Source: a virus. Taken from it: a DNA stretch of 56,872 nucleotides. Below are positions 41,482 to 50,827 of the stretch, piece after piece. The position numbers and the translations under genes are program-made. The notes beneath the pieces are model-generated. The model saw nothing but the letters and a program-made list of their open reading frames with translations, was not told the DNA's origin and did not search any database. The stretch is from positions 1 to 56,872 of IMG/VR virus record IMGVR_UViG_3300045988_079972. One strand, written 5' to 3'. Within the stretch, counting starts at the first letter, position 1. The number at the start of each line of letters is the position of its first letter.

Positions 41482-41877
41482 ATGATAGACGCAAGTAGAA
41501 GTGTGGACAAGCCGACTGAAAATGTCGGAGTGCCGTTTGATGAATATAACAAACTTTCGAGCATATCAACAAAAGTTGATATTATAGTTGACTTGATGTG
41601 TCATGGAACGCTGATGTCAGATGATGTCTCGAGAATATTGAAAGTTGACACATCTTTCCCGAAAGGAAAAACATTTGAAAGAGATATAGTGGTTTCGGTG
41701 TGTATTTATAATAATCTTTTAGATTTAAAAGTGCGTGTAGATGTTCTGCTAGATATGCTGGAAAACAACGACTATGTATCAACAGACGAGATTTTAAGAA
41801 CACTTGGCACAGAGTTGGCGATTGAAGAAGCCGACAGATGGGAGAAAAAGAAAAATGAAAGGTCTGACAATAAGTAA
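41482..41877 (+). CDS. Hypothetical protein
   Basis: 131 aa, RBS aaaggagaaataatagATG. Confidence 0.6.
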   Translation: MIDASRSVDKPTENVGVPFDEYNKLSSISTKVDIIVDLMCHGTLMSDDVSRILKVDTSFPKGKTFERDIVVSVCIYNNLLDLKVRVDVLLDMLENNDYVSTDEILRTLGTELAIEEADRWEKKKNERSDNK

Positions 41878-42661
41878 TAAAGAGTATCGAGCAAGAGATG
41901 GAGTAAGTAGCACAGACTTAAAGAAGATTGCAAAGTCCCCAGCCCATTTCCGTTACTGGAAAGATAATCCCGAAGAAAGCACCCCAGCGTTGCTTTTCGG
42001 CAGAGCAGTACATAAATATGTATTAGAGAAAGAAAAATTCAATGAGGAATTTGCCGTTGCGCCCGAAGTGAGCAAAAGAACCAAAGAGGGCAAGGCTCAG
42101 TGGCTTTTATTTCAAGACCAAAACGAGGGTAAAGACATAATTTCGCTTGATGATTTTGAAAAGATAAAAGACATGAGAGAAACATTATATCAGACACCTT
42201 TTGTAAGCCAATTATTAAAAGGCAAAAAAGAAGCATCTTACTTTACGGAAGATGATGAAACAGGCTTAACTGTAAAGTGCCGTCCCGACTGTCAGACACA
42301 GGTTGGAGATACACATATTCTTATTGACTACAAATCTTGTGCAGATGCCAGCAGTGACAAGTTCATGCGTGACGCAATCAACTTAATGTATGATTTGCAG
42401 ATGGCATTTTATAAAGACATTATGGATAAAGTGACAGGGCACGAACACTCTGTAATCTTCATAGCACAGGAAAAAACACCACCATATTGTGTGAATATTT
42501 TAGAAGCAAATGAATACTTTTTACGAAGTGGTAGGGATATGTATAGAACTTATCTCAATGCTTATAAAGAGTGCTTAGAAACCGGGAATTGGTATGGTTA
42601 TACCAACGGTGCTATTAACACACTTGGGTTGCCGAATTGGTTACAGAAACAATATGAATAG
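41855..42661 (+). CDS. PD-(D/E)XK recombination exonuclease (RecE/Cas4-like, DUF3799-type)
   Basis: SNKEYRARDGVSSTDLKKI...GRAVHKYVLE...ILIDYKSCADAS...QMAFYKD. Confidence 0.7.
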   Translation: MKGLTISNKEYRARDGVSSTDLKKIAKSPAHFRYWKDNPEESTPALLFGRAVHKYVLEKEKFNEEFAVAPEVSKRTKEGKAQWLLFQDQNEGKDIISLDDFEKIKDMRETLYQTPFVSQLLKGKKEASYFTEDDETGLTVKCRPDCQTQVGDTHILIDYKSCADASSDKFMRDAINLMYDLQMAFYKDIMDKVTGHEHSVIFIAQEKTPPYCVNILEANEYFLRSGRDMYRTYLNAYKECLETGNWYGYTNGAINTLGLPNWLQKQYE

Positions 42662-42677
42662 AAAAGGAGAATAGAAC

Positions 42678-43523
42678 ATGAATGAAGTGAGTAATAATAA
42701 CAATCATGTACCTTTTAACAACATAAATCAAGGTACAGTCGCAGTTGAAAGTAGCAGAGCAATAACAGAAGCACAGGGAAAATTGTTACTTGCAAAGCAG
42801 TTTCCGAGAAATTATACAAACTGCTATGCAACAGCTATTGAAGCGTGCCAGCGTAAAGGGTTTGCGGATAAAGCATTTTTTGCATATCCACGAGGGGGAC
42901 AGACGGTAACAGGAGTGACAATTAGATTTGCCGAGGAATTAGCAAGATGTTATGGCAACCTTGATTATGGAATAAAAGAGTTGTCGCACGAAGATGGCAA
43001 GTCAGAAATGCAGGCATACGCTTGGGATTTGGAAACAAACACAGTATCAAGTCAGAACTTTACAGTCGAGCATATCATGGAAACACGAAACGGCAGCAGA
43101 AAGTTGACAAGCCAGCGTGATATTTACGAGAGAACAGCTAATGACGGTGCAAGGAGATTAAGAAGCCGTATTTTGGCAATCTTACCGCCCGATTTGGTTG
43201 AGGACTGCATAAAAGAGTGCAAAAAGACACTTGCAGGGCAGAACGGCATTCCTTTTAAAGATAAAGTTAAAAATATGGTTGTAGCTTTTGCTAAATACGG
43301 TGTTACAAAGGAAATGCTTGAAAAGAGATTAGACCACACTGTCGAGAGTATCAGTGAAGATGAACTGACAGAGTATATCGGTATTTTCAATGGTTTGGCA
43401 CAGAAAGAAACAACGGTTTCAGATTGGTTTGAACAGCCAAAAACAGCAAGTCAGATGACTGCATTGCTCGAAGAAGCGGAGAAAGAAGAAAAAGTCAAAG
43501 AAAAGAAAGAGGAAAAGAAGTAA
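42678..43523 (+). CDS. Single-strand annealing protein (RecT/Red-beta-type, tentative family)
   Basis: 281 aa, directly after the exonuclease; QGKLLLAKQFPRN...IRFAEELARCYGNLDYG...YAWDLETN. Confidence 0.55.
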   Translation: MNEVSNNNNHVPFNNINQGTVAVESSRAITEAQGKLLLAKQFPRNYTNCYATAIEACQRKGFADKAFFAYPRGGQTVTGVTIRFAEELARCYGNLDYGIKELSHEDGKSEMQAYAWDLETNTVSSQNFTVEHIMETRNGSRKLTSQRDIYERTANDGARRLRSRILAILPPDLVEDCIKECKKTLAGQNGIPFKDKVKNMVVAFAKYGVTKEMLEKRLDHTVESISEDELTEYIGIFNGLAQKETTVSDWFEQPKTASQMTALLEEAEKEEKVKEKKEEKK

Positions 43524-43930
43524 TGACATACAAAGTGATGATTGATAAGAAAAACAATACATTCCCTTTAAAAGGTTTAAATGAATTGTTGGGTGCGAGA
43601 TTATACAACCCACGCACAAAAAGATATACAAATTCTGTCAAGACTTCAAATGACAGAACTTGTTTAAAGGCAATAAAAAAATGTCTGCCAGCAGTACACA
43701 TTGATAAGCCTATCAGATGCACTTATTGCATCTATACGGCAGATAAAAGGCACGACAGAAGTAATTTATATGCCGCAATAGAAAAGTCGTTCTTAGATGC
43801 GTTGCAGTTGGCGAAAGTTATTAAAAATGATGGCTGGGATGATGTTTACGACAGCGTTTTTCACACGAATATAGACAAGGAAAATCCGAGAGTTGTAGTG
43901 GAAATTGAGGTTTTAGGAAAGGAGAAATAA
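43523..43930 (+). CDS. rusA: RusA-like Holliday-junction resolvase
   Basis: 135 aa; RHDRSNLYAAIEKSFLDALQLAKVIKNDGWDDV. Confidence 0.6.
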   Translation: MTYKVMIDKKNNTFPLKGLNELLGARLYNPRTKRYTNSVKTSNDRTCLKAIKKCLPAVHIDKPIRCTYCIYTADKRHDRSNLYAAIEKSFLDALQLAKVIKNDGWDDVYDSVFHTNIDKENPRVVVEIEVLGKEK

Positions 43931-44275
43931 TTGAAAATAGTGAGAAATAAAAGTCAGTATGACTTTTTAATAAAAATTAAAAATGAATATGTTACTATAG
44001 CATGTCTCCGACCATGGTTGCTTGAAAGAAAATACAATTTATATTTTTATTATTATGGTGAAGAACATGAAGCAGGAACATATGCTTGCAACCACTTTAT
44101 TAATGGCAATGTGAGTATTGTTGTTTGGGAAAAGGAAAACGAACTTTTTAGAGATTTTCTTGTAAGAGTGGAGCATATGATATTAAAAAAATTGTATGCT
44201 ATAGGAACTTCAATACTTGAAGAAACAAAAAATATTGATGATTCGGATTTAAAAAGTTGGGAAAAAAGAAAGTAG
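43931..44275 (+). CDS. Hypothetical protein
   Basis: 114 aa, TTG start, RBS aaaggagaaataa. Confidence 0.5.
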   Translation: MKIVRNKSQYDFLIKIKNEYVTIACLRPWLLERKYNLYFYYYGEEHEAGTYACNHFINGNVSIVVWEKENELFRDFLVRVEHMILKKLYAIGTSILEETKNIDDSDLKSWEKRK

Positions 44276-44283
44276 GTGAGAAT

Positions 44284-44526
44284 ATGACAGTATATGATTT
44301 AATACAGGAATTAAGTCAGTATGACGCAGATACAGAAGTCGAGTTTCATTGCGAAGCTGTATATGACACCGATGTTGAAGCAGAATTTGACAGAGAGGAC
44401 GAAAATGACATACAGGAAGTGACAGTTAGTGCAGAGTTTGATGATGATGTGAGCTACGAGGGCATCCATGAATGCAAAACGGTAATAGGGGCGATGCCAT
44501 ACATTACCATCAACTTAATATATTAA
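44284..44526 (+). CDS. Hypothetical acidic protein
   Basis: 80 aa from ATG 44284 (RBS gtaggtgagaat). Confidence 0.55.
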   Translation: MTVYDLIQELSQYDADTEVEFHCEAVYDTDVEAEFDREDENDIQEVTVSAEFDDDVSYEGIHECKTVIGAMPYITINLIY

Positions 44527-44537
44527 GGAGTAAGAAT

Positions 44538-44927
44538 ATGAAATCAGCAAATTTAGAACAGATGATGGCTGATATGAATAATGGCACTTATGACTTGACC
44601 TGCAACGGAGAGTGTACTCAATGTGGTAATTGTTGCAGTAACTTACTTCCTATGACAGAAGATGAAATTGCAACAATCCGCAGGTACATCAAAAAACATC
44701 ATATTAAGGAACACAGACATAATTATCCGACAGCTACACCAACAATGGATATAACTTGTCCATTTCTTAATGATGATAAGTTAAAAGAAAAATGCGAGAT
44801 TTATTCAGTCAGACCTAGGATTTGCAGAGAGTTTATCTGCTGTCCGAGTAAAAGACCGCCGATTGATGATTGGGGTTATAAATTAAAGTGTAAGGCAGTT
44901 GATGTCAGAAAGGAGTTTTTCAAATGA
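44538..44927 (+). CDS. YkgJ-family Cys-cluster (CxxCxxCC) Zn/Fe-binding protein
   Basis: CNGECTQCGNCCSN...CPFLNDDK..CEIYSVRPRICREFICC. Confidence 0.65.
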   Translation: MKSANLEQMMADMNNGTYDLTCNGECTQCGNCCSNLLPMTEDEIATIRRYIKKHHIKEHRHNYPTATPTMDITCPFLNDDKLKEKCEIYSVRPRICREFICCPSKRPPIDDWGYKLKCKAVDVRKEFFK

Positions 44928-45211
44928 GAGTTATATCACAGGACGGAACAATGGATGTTCCTTATGAAATGGTAGTTATTCAGAGGTTCAAAGAAGATGT
45001 TTATTTTTTAAACCGTAATTTAACAGGAGTAGAAGACTTGGTTAATGACATTAGGTTGGCTAAATACTCCACCGAAGCAAAGGCAATTAAGGCTATGGAA
45101 ATGTTGAGAGAAACATGGATAAATGAAACCGTAGAATTTGAGGATGGAATTTACCATAGAAATATTATCTTTCAGTTTCCAAAGGATAGCGAAATCGAGG
45201 TGAGTAAATGA
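44924..45211 (+). CDS. Hypothetical protein
   Basis: 95 aa, start overlaps the upstream stop. Confidence 0.55.
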   Translation: MRVISQDGTMDVPYEMVVIQRFKEDVYFLNRNLTGVEDLVNDIRLAKYSTEAKAIKAMEMLRETWINETVEFEDGIYHRNIIFQFPKDSEIEVSK

Positions 45212-45420
45212 CACTTAGAGAGCGAGTTATTGTAGAAGCCTATACAGGATATTGTATGACAACAGGTGAGGATAGGAACGCATTTAACAAGTATGTAGCG
45301 GAAATTATGGGGAGACCGATTTTTACTCACGAGTTAGCAGACGATAATATGCAAAACGAAATACATGACAAATCCAAAGCAGATTTTATTAAACTTTGTA
45401 TATGCGATGATAGTGAATAG
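45208..45420 (+). CDS. Hypothetical protein
   Basis: 70 aa, start overlaps the upstream stop. Confidence 0.55.
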   Translation: MTLRERVIVEAYTGYCMTTGEDRNAFNKYVAEIMGRPIFTHELADDNMQNEIHDKSKADFIKLCICDDSE

Positions 45421-45439
45421 CGGAATAGCGAGGTGTAAT

Positions 45440-45886
45440 ATGGATAAAATGGATGTTATAGAAACTGCTAAAAGACTTTTTAAAGATAGAGAAGAATATT
45501 TCAAAGAACTTGAAGCGTTAAAAGAGGATATAAGTTTCTTTGATATGTATATGAAAAGGAACAAGAAAAGTAAGGCTAAATTTGCAGTAAGAATTTCTTA
45601 CAAATGTGCATTCGGAGCTTTTGATGATATTTGGAAAAAGCATAGTTATCATAAGTCCGATATAGAAATAGTTTTTTCAGAGTTTATAGTTTTGGAAGCT
45701 ATTATACAAGATATTTACGCAGATACAAACAGTTTTACTAAAAATACAAAGAAAGAATTTATAGATTATTTTGAGCAGTACGGAGATACTATGGTAGAAG
45801 ATTATGTTTCAGAATTTATTGGTTGTAGCAGAGGCTGTATGGCTGTACTTGGAAAAATTCAGCAAATTAAAGCTGAGCAAATCTAA
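45440..45886 (+). CDS. Hypothetical protein
   Basis: 148 aa from ATG 45440 (RBS gcgaggtgtaat). Confidence 0.55.
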   Translation: MDKMDVIETAKRLFKDREEYFKELEALKEDISFFDMYMKRNKKSKAKFAVRISYKCAFGAFDDIWKKHSYHKSDIEIVFSEFIVLEAIIQDIYADTNSFTKNTKKEFIDYFEQYGDTMVEDYVSEFIGCSRGCMAVLGKIQQIKAEQI

Positions 45887-45908
45887 AAACTAAGGAGTTG
45901 AACTACAA

Positions 45909-46472
45909 ATGAGTGCAAGGAGAGCGGCTATGCGTCGGGAACGATTGCAAAGGAACAAAATTGACAAGAAAAAATGTGCTATGGCTGAACTGGAAAGAGC
46001 AAAAGAGCAAGGCATTATTGATGGCAGAGCGATAGGTGTTAGTGCGTGCCTTGAAGTGTTGCACAGCAAATACAAGTTTAGCAATAGTAAAGCACAACAG
46101 TTACTCAATGTTATGGGGAGAGAAAGTGCAAGACTTGATGATACAGGTGTTAGATTTGTTGCAAATTACTATGCTGAGAAGTTTGAAAAGAAACTAGATG
46201 TACTGGGAATGTATCAAGATATAGCTGATATTCCTACAAAGATTTATTGTGCATCAAAGCATGAGTTGTTTGTAACATCGGTCGCAATAGCTTTGATGGT
46301 GCTAAATGAATTATGGAATTTTAGCAGTAACGATAAAAACACTGGTCGGCTTGATTACATCATGGAGTATTGCACAAATCGGTATTTAGAAATGCAACTT
46401 GACCCCGATATTAACACAGCAGAATATTACTTTGAGCGAATGTTAAGACGGACTGGTTATAAGTTGCATTAA
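45909..46472 (+). CDS. Hypothetical protein
   Basis: 187 aa, RBS ctaaggagttgaactacaaATG. Confidence 0.6.
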   Translation: MSARRAAMRRERLQRNKIDKKKCAMAELERAKEQGIIDGRAIGVSACLEVLHSKYKFSNSKAQQLLNVMGRESARLDDTGVRFVANYYAEKFEKKLDVLGMYQDIADIPTKIYCASKHELFVTSVAIALMVLNELWNFSSNDKNTGRLDYIMEYCTNRYLEMQLDPDINTAEYYFERMLRRTGYKLH

Positions 46473-46481
46473 GAGGTAAAT

Positions 46482-46652
46482 ATGATAGACGAAAAGAAGA
46501 TTATTAAGAAAATCGAAAACAGGATAGATACTTATATAAAAGAATATCCTGAAAAGAAAAACTGTGAATATGTAGAAACACAAAGAGAATTTATACATAT
46601 ATTACAGATTGAAGCAAGAGAACAAAGCAAATCCGATTTAAGAAAGGAATAA
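46482..46652 (+). CDS. Hypothetical 56-aa protein
   Basis: Hand-translated; RBS aagaggtaaatATG. Confidence 0.45.
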   Translation: MIDEKKIIKKIENRIDTYIKEYPEKKNCEYVETQREFIHILQIEAREQSKSDLRKE

Positions 46653-46657
46653 CGAGT

Positions 46658-46751
46658 ACCCGGTAAACCGGGTTGATGCAGAGGGTGTATAACTGCTAGC
46701 GAAAAATCCTAATTAGTAGAGTGTAAAAAGCGTGTGAAGCCATTTAGGATT
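46658..46751 (+). promoter_or_regulatory. Structured 130-nt leader upstream of the PP-loop-like gene
   Basis: ACCCGG-taaa-CCGGGT hairpin (46658-46673) and the 8-bp AATCCTAA/TTAGGATT stem (46705-46712 / 46744-46751). Confidence 0.35.
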
Positions 46752-46782
46752 ATCCATGTTACGGTATTTGTAGCGTGGTGTT

Positions 46783-47523
46783 ATGACAAAACTAAAAGTA
46801 TGTTGGATAAGTGCAGGAATATCAAGTTTTATGGCTGGATATTTAGCAGGGAATGTAGATAAATGGATTTATATTGACATTGCCGACCAACATCAGGACA
46901 GTATCAGATTTATCAAAGATTGTGAGAAAGCAATCGGAAAGAAAATAGAAATTTTAAGTAGTGCAGAGTATAAGAGTGTCGAAGATTGCGTCAAGGTTTT
47001 TGGCGGTTTTAGAAATCCTAGTAACAACTTTGCACCATGTACAAACTGGCTTAAAAAGAGAGTGAGAAAGGAGTGGGAAGAACAACACAAAGATTGTGAA
47101 TTGACTTATGTGTGGGGATTTGACTTGAAAGAGAAGAACCGAGCAGAACGAACCATTGAAGCCAATCCGCAAGCAAATCATGAGTTTCCACTTATTGACA
47201 AATGCTTGTCTAAGGAAGAAGTGCATGGACTATTTGAACGGACTTTTGATTTTAAGCGACCGAAAATGTACGAATTAGGTTACCCAAATAATAACTGCAT
47301 CGGATGTGTAAAAGGTGGCATGGGTTACTGGAATAACATCCGCAAGGATTTCCCTAAGGTATTTGAAAGCAAAGCCAAGTTGGAAAGAGAAGTTGGCTAC
47401 TCGATACTGAAAGACAGTGACGGCAAACCTATATTTCTTGACGAATTAGACCCGAAACGAGGGAATATGAACACTGAAATTTTTCCTGACTGCGGCATAA
47501 TGTGTTATTTGAATTTAGAGTGA
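46783..47523 (+). CDS. Adenine-nucleotide alpha-hydrolase / PAPS-reductase-like (PP-loop superfamily) protein, tentative
   Basis: 246 aa; N-terminal KVCWISAGISSFMAG (degenerate SGGxDS position); C-terminal Cys pairs NNNCIGCVKGG and PDCGIMC. Confidence 0.4.
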   Translation: MTKLKVCWISAGISSFMAGYLAGNVDKWIYIDIADQHQDSIRFIKDCEKAIGKKIEILSSAEYKSVEDCVKVFGGFRNPSNNFAPCTNWLKKRVRKEWEEQHKDCELTYVWGFDLKEKNRAERTIEANPQANHEFPLIDKCLSKEEVHGLFERTFDFKRPKMYELGYPNNNCIGCVKGGMGYWNNIRKDFPKVFESKAKLEREVGYSILKDSDGKPIFLDELDPKRGNMNTEIFPDCGIMCYLNLE

Positions 47524-47532
47524 GGTGAGAAC

Positions 47533-47715
47533 ATGACAGTAGACGAATTTAAGCTACTTGCGGTAGATACTAAGATTTCAGTGCGTGATATACGAACTGG
47601 AAAGTATCTTAAAGATAAAAAAGAATACGGCAGGCGAAAGGTACAAAGTTTGTATGCAAGAACGCACAGGTATCAAGGCGATTGTGAAGCTAATATTGTA
47701 TTGATGGTGAGGTGA
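47533..47715 (+). CDS. Hypothetical protein
   Basis: 60 aa, RBS gagtgaggtgagaacATG. Confidence 0.5.
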   Translation: MTVDEFKLLAVDTKISVRDIRTGKYLKDKKEYGRRKVQSLYARTHRYQGDCEANIVLMVR

Positions 47716-47719
47716 TTTG

Positions 47720-48109
47720 ATGAAAGATAGATACTTATTCAAGGCAAAAACTTGTAATGGAGAGTGGGTTACAGGATTTTTGCATTGCAAAGATGATAAA
47801 TGGTATATAAGTAATAAAGCAGGTTCGCCATTTGCGTATGAAGTAAGACCAGATACAATTTGTCAATGCACAGGTTTGAAAGACAGGAACGGTAATCTGA
47901 TTTGGGAGCATGACATTATGGTTGCAAATTTAGACGAATCATGTCCAGATGATAAGACTTATCAAAAGGTTATTTGGAATGAAAGTGGATTTCATTCAAA
48001 AGAAAAAGGAAGCGAAGACATATACCCGATTGGTAGGCTTGAACAAGAGTGTTTTGAGGTTGTTGGAAACATATTTGATAACCCTGAATTATTAGAAAGC
48101 GAGGAATAA
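47720..48109 (+). CDS. YopX-family protein
   Basis: GEWVTGFL...VRPDTICQCTGLKDRNGNLIWEHDIM...FEVVGNIFDNPELLE. Confidence 0.75.
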   Translation: MKDRYLFKAKTCNGEWVTGFLHCKDDKWYISNKAGSPFAYEVRPDTICQCTGLKDRNGNLIWEHDIMVANLDESCPDDKTYQKVIWNESGFHSKEKGSEDIYPIGRLEQECFEVVGNIFDNPELLESEE

Positions 48110-48167
48110 AGATGGCAAGAAGAAAAGATTGACGAAATAGCAGAACAGTTGAAAGGAGCAAAACAGA

Positions 48168-48443
48168 ATGAAGATTTTAAGCAAGAAGAAATATAATAAA
48201 CTCATTGAAGATTTTGAGAAATCGCAGAAAAAGGTCGAGGAACTCAAAAGGATAAATGAAAGCCTTGGAAAAAAGTTAGAGGATAAAAAGACAAGTTGCA
48301 AGCTGAATAACGGTAAGGATTTCTGCTTTAAATGCAAAAATTCTTACAGATACAAGACATACTGGGGAGCGACAGAATACGAAAAATGCGGTTGCTTACT
48401 TGATGTGCCTTGCGAGAATTTTAAGAGAAAAGAAAGCGAGTGA
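48168..48443 (+). CDS. Hypothetical coiled-coil/Cys protein
   Basis: 91 aa. Confidence 0.55.
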   Translation: MKILSKKKYNKLIEDFEKSQKKVEELKRINESLGKKLEDKKTSCKLNNGKDFCFKCKNSYRYKTYWGATEYEKCGCLLDVPCENFKRKESE

Positions 48444-48449
48444 TTTAGA

Positions 48450-48635
48450 ATGAATTTACTTGAACACTATGTAACAAATATAACTCACGAAGAACCTATC
48501 GAAAAGTACGGAATGTTATTTTTCAAGGTTGTATGTGATGTTGATTGCTATGGTAACAAAGAGGTTCAGACAGAAGTTTTACTTACCGAAGATGATTATG
48601 CGGAAGCGAAAAGCAAAGGCTATTATTTAGCCTAA
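48450..48635 (+). CDS. Hypothetical protein
   Basis: 61 aa. Confidence 0.5.
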   Translation: MNLLEHYVTNITHEEPIEKYGMLFFKVVCDVDCYGNKEVQTEVLLTEDDYAEAKSKGYYLA

Positions 48636-48695
48636 AAACCAAAGAAAGGAATAGGTTGTCGCGACATAAAGCTGAGGTTTCCTTTTGGTGATGAA

Positions 48696-49109
48696 ATGAA
48701 TTTTGATGATTATATTTGTGACGGTCAAATTAGTATGTTTGATTTTACGAATGATGCATCTGATAACACCGATATTGAATTTAACCCCTTAAAGTCCCTT
48801 GCGTTGCATGGTACTGGGATTCGTAACGGTATGAAGCGTATAAAAGAGTATTTTTCAGAAAGTCATACTTTAAGAGAAAAAGTTGCTTTTCTTAAAAGTG
48901 AATATGGTACTGGCGGTTTCGGTTCATGTAATAAAAAACCTTGCTATATACACCAAATGTGTACTTCTATATCGCAAAAATTGATTGAATATGAGTATTA
49001 CGATGAAGATATGCAGAATGTGAAAAAATATTGCAGTTGGGTTGATTTAGCAAACATAATTTCAGAAATGGTTGCAAAAGATGAATATGTTTATAAGGAC
49101 GGTGATTAA
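48696..49109 (+). CDS. Hypothetical protein (LKSEYGTGGFG motif)
   Basis: 137 aa. Confidence 0.55.
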   Translation: MNFDDYICDGQISMFDFTNDASDNTDIEFNPLKSLALHGTGIRNGMKRIKEYFSESHTLREKVAFLKSEYGTGGFGSCNKKPCYIHQMCTSISQKLIEYEYYDEDMQNVKKYCSWVDLANIISEMVAKDEYVYKDGD

Positions 49110-49895
49110 ATGGCAATTTACAGAAATGTACGCTTATCGTTTTGGACTGATAATAAGGTGATAGACGAGTTCACACCCGAAGATAAGTATTTTTATCTGT
49201 ACTTGCTCACAAACCCTCAGACAAATTTGTGCGGTTGTTATGAGATAAGTTATAAAAGCATGAGTGAAGATACAGGATATAACAAAGATACTTGTTTGAG
49301 GTTGTTAAAAAGATTCGACGAAGTACATAATGTTATCAAATTTAATGAGAGTACAAAAGAAGTGCTGATTCTGAATTGGTATAAATATAACTGGAGCAGT
49401 TCGGCAAAGACTTTGTCAGGGGTTATGGCTACAGCGAAGTACATAAAATGCGAAAAATTTAGAAATTATGTTTTAAGTGTTGCAGAAAGTGCGAAGAATG
49501 GTAATAAAGAGCCAATTAGATACCCCATAGAAGCATCTGTATCTGATACTGTATCTGATTCTGTTACTGAAACTGATACTGTAAATAATAAAAAGAACAT
49601 TACAGGAGAATATATAAAGGAAATTGTTACTTATCTGAATAAAAAATGCGGCACGCATTACAGATGTAACACAGCAAACACTAGAAAGCATATAACGGCG
49701 AGATTTGCTGATGGCTATACGATTTCTGATTTCATGACAGTGATTGATAAGAAGTCCGCTGAATGGCAAGGTACTAAATTTGAATTGTATTTACGACCCG
49801 ATACTTTGTTCGGGAGTAAATTTGAAAGTTATCTGAATCAGCAGATTAAGCAGAAAGATAGCACAAAAGAATTTTTGGGCGGTTGGGGGTTGTAG
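49110..49895 (+). CDS. Replisome organiser / DnaD-like replication initiation protein (phage conserved C-terminal domain)
   Basis: FWTDNKVIDEFTPEDKYFYLYLLTNPQTNLCGCYEIS...; C-terminal IVTYLNKKCGTHYRCNTANTRKHITARFADGYTISDFMTVIDKKSAEW. Confidence 0.75.
   Translation: MAIYRNVRLSFWTDNKVIDEFTPEDKYFYLYLLTNPQTNLCGCYEISYKSMSEDTGYNKDTCLRLLKRFDEVHNVIKFNESTKEVLILNWYKYNWSSSAKTLSGVMATAKYIKCEKFRNYVLSVAESAKNGNKEPIRYPIEASVSDTVSDSVTETDTVNNKKNITGEYIKEIVTYLNKKCGTHYRCNTANTRKHITARFADGYTISDFMTVIDKKSAEWQGTKFELYLRPDTLFGSKFESYLNQQIKQKDSTKEFLGGWGL
49537..49584 (+). repeat. Four tandem 12-bp repeats inside the replisome-organiser gene (candidate origin iterons)
   Basis: CTGTATCTGATA CTGTATCTGATT CTGTTACTGAAA CTGATACTGTAA; encodes the interdomain linker SVSDTVSDSVTETDTV. 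Confidence 0.6.
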
Positions 49896-49898
49896 CTT

Positions 49899-50552
49899 AT
49901 GACAGAAAAAGAAGTAAGGCAATTACTTGCCATGACACAGGCTGTATATCCTAACTACAATCCACCCAGCAGAGAAGCGGCGGTAAATGCGTGGCTCATG
50001 TGTTTAAGCGAGTATGATAACAATGTTGTCATGGCGGCATTTAAAGCATACATGACTACGAATACAAGTGGTTTTGCACCTGCACCGGGGCAACTTATAG
50101 AAATATTGCAGACTTTGACACAACCGTCTGAGCTGAACGAACTGGAAGCGTGGTCGATAGTCAGAAAAGCGTTAAGAAATTGTGGTTACAATTCTGAACA
50201 AGAGTTTGCAAAGTTGCCGACAGTAGTGCAAAAAGCTGTCGGGACACCACAGCAATTAAAGATTTGGGCTTGCGATAGTGAATTTAATGAAAATGTTGTG
50301 AGCAGTAATTTTATAAAGACATATAGAACAGAGGTCAAGCGAGCAACAGAATTAAATAAAATGCCTGAGAATGTAAGGAAACTTATAGAAATGGTAAACA
50401 CAAATTCTGCATCGGCTCAAATAGCAAGCGAAAACAAAAGGACTATATCTTTATCACTTGAAGATAAAAAAACCGAGGAAACAGGCAAAATGGAAGTTAG
50501 AAACAGTGTTCTTATGCCTGAGAAATATAAAAAAGAATTTGGCATTAAATAA
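49899..50552 (+). CDS. G39P-like replicative helicase loader
   Basis: VRQLLAMTQAVYPNYNPPSREAAVNAWLMCLSEYDNNVVMAAFKAYMTTNTSGFAPAPGQLIEIL. Confidence 0.65.
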   Translation: MTEKEVRQLLAMTQAVYPNYNPPSREAAVNAWLMCLSEYDNNVVMAAFKAYMTTNTSGFAPAPGQLIEILQTLTQPSELNELEAWSIVRKALRNCGYNSEQEFAKLPTVVQKAVGTPQQLKIWACDSEFNENVVSSNFIKTYRTEVKRATELNKMPENVRKLIEMVNTNSASAQIASENKRTISLSLEDKKTEETGKMEVRNSVLMPEKYKKEFGIK

Positions 50553-50583
50553 TGAGTTTAAAGAAAGGAGATGAACCGCCGTT

Positions 50584-50799
50584 TTGAGAATTGAAAAGTT
50601 AATTAAATTTTTGAAAGAAAGATTTGAAAGCGGAATACAGATGTTTGATACACCGTCTCTTGTAAATGATTACAGAAAACCTATCTATGTCGAAGACGAC
50701 ATAACTGTACTATATGCACCGTCTTGGAATTACATAGAGATATTTGGCATTTCTGACGAAGAGTTTGAAAGAGTTATGAAAGAAGCAAAAGGATATTAG
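50584..50799 (+). CDS. Hypothetical protein
   Basis: 71 aa from a TTG start; start uncertain. Confidence 0.4.
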   Translation: MRIEKLIKFLKERFESGIQMFDTPSLVNDYRKPIYVEDDITVLYAPSWNYIEIFGISDEEFERVMKEAKGY

Positions 50800-50827
50800 T
50801 GAGTGTCCGTTTTAGAAAGGAGATTAT

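Noticed and set aside
46690-46720. A preQ1-I riboswitch (AGAGGG...CTAGCGAAAAATCCTAA)
   Set aside because: There is no CCCTCT 3' strand to close P1, and the pseudoknot register does not fit the consensus as I remember it.
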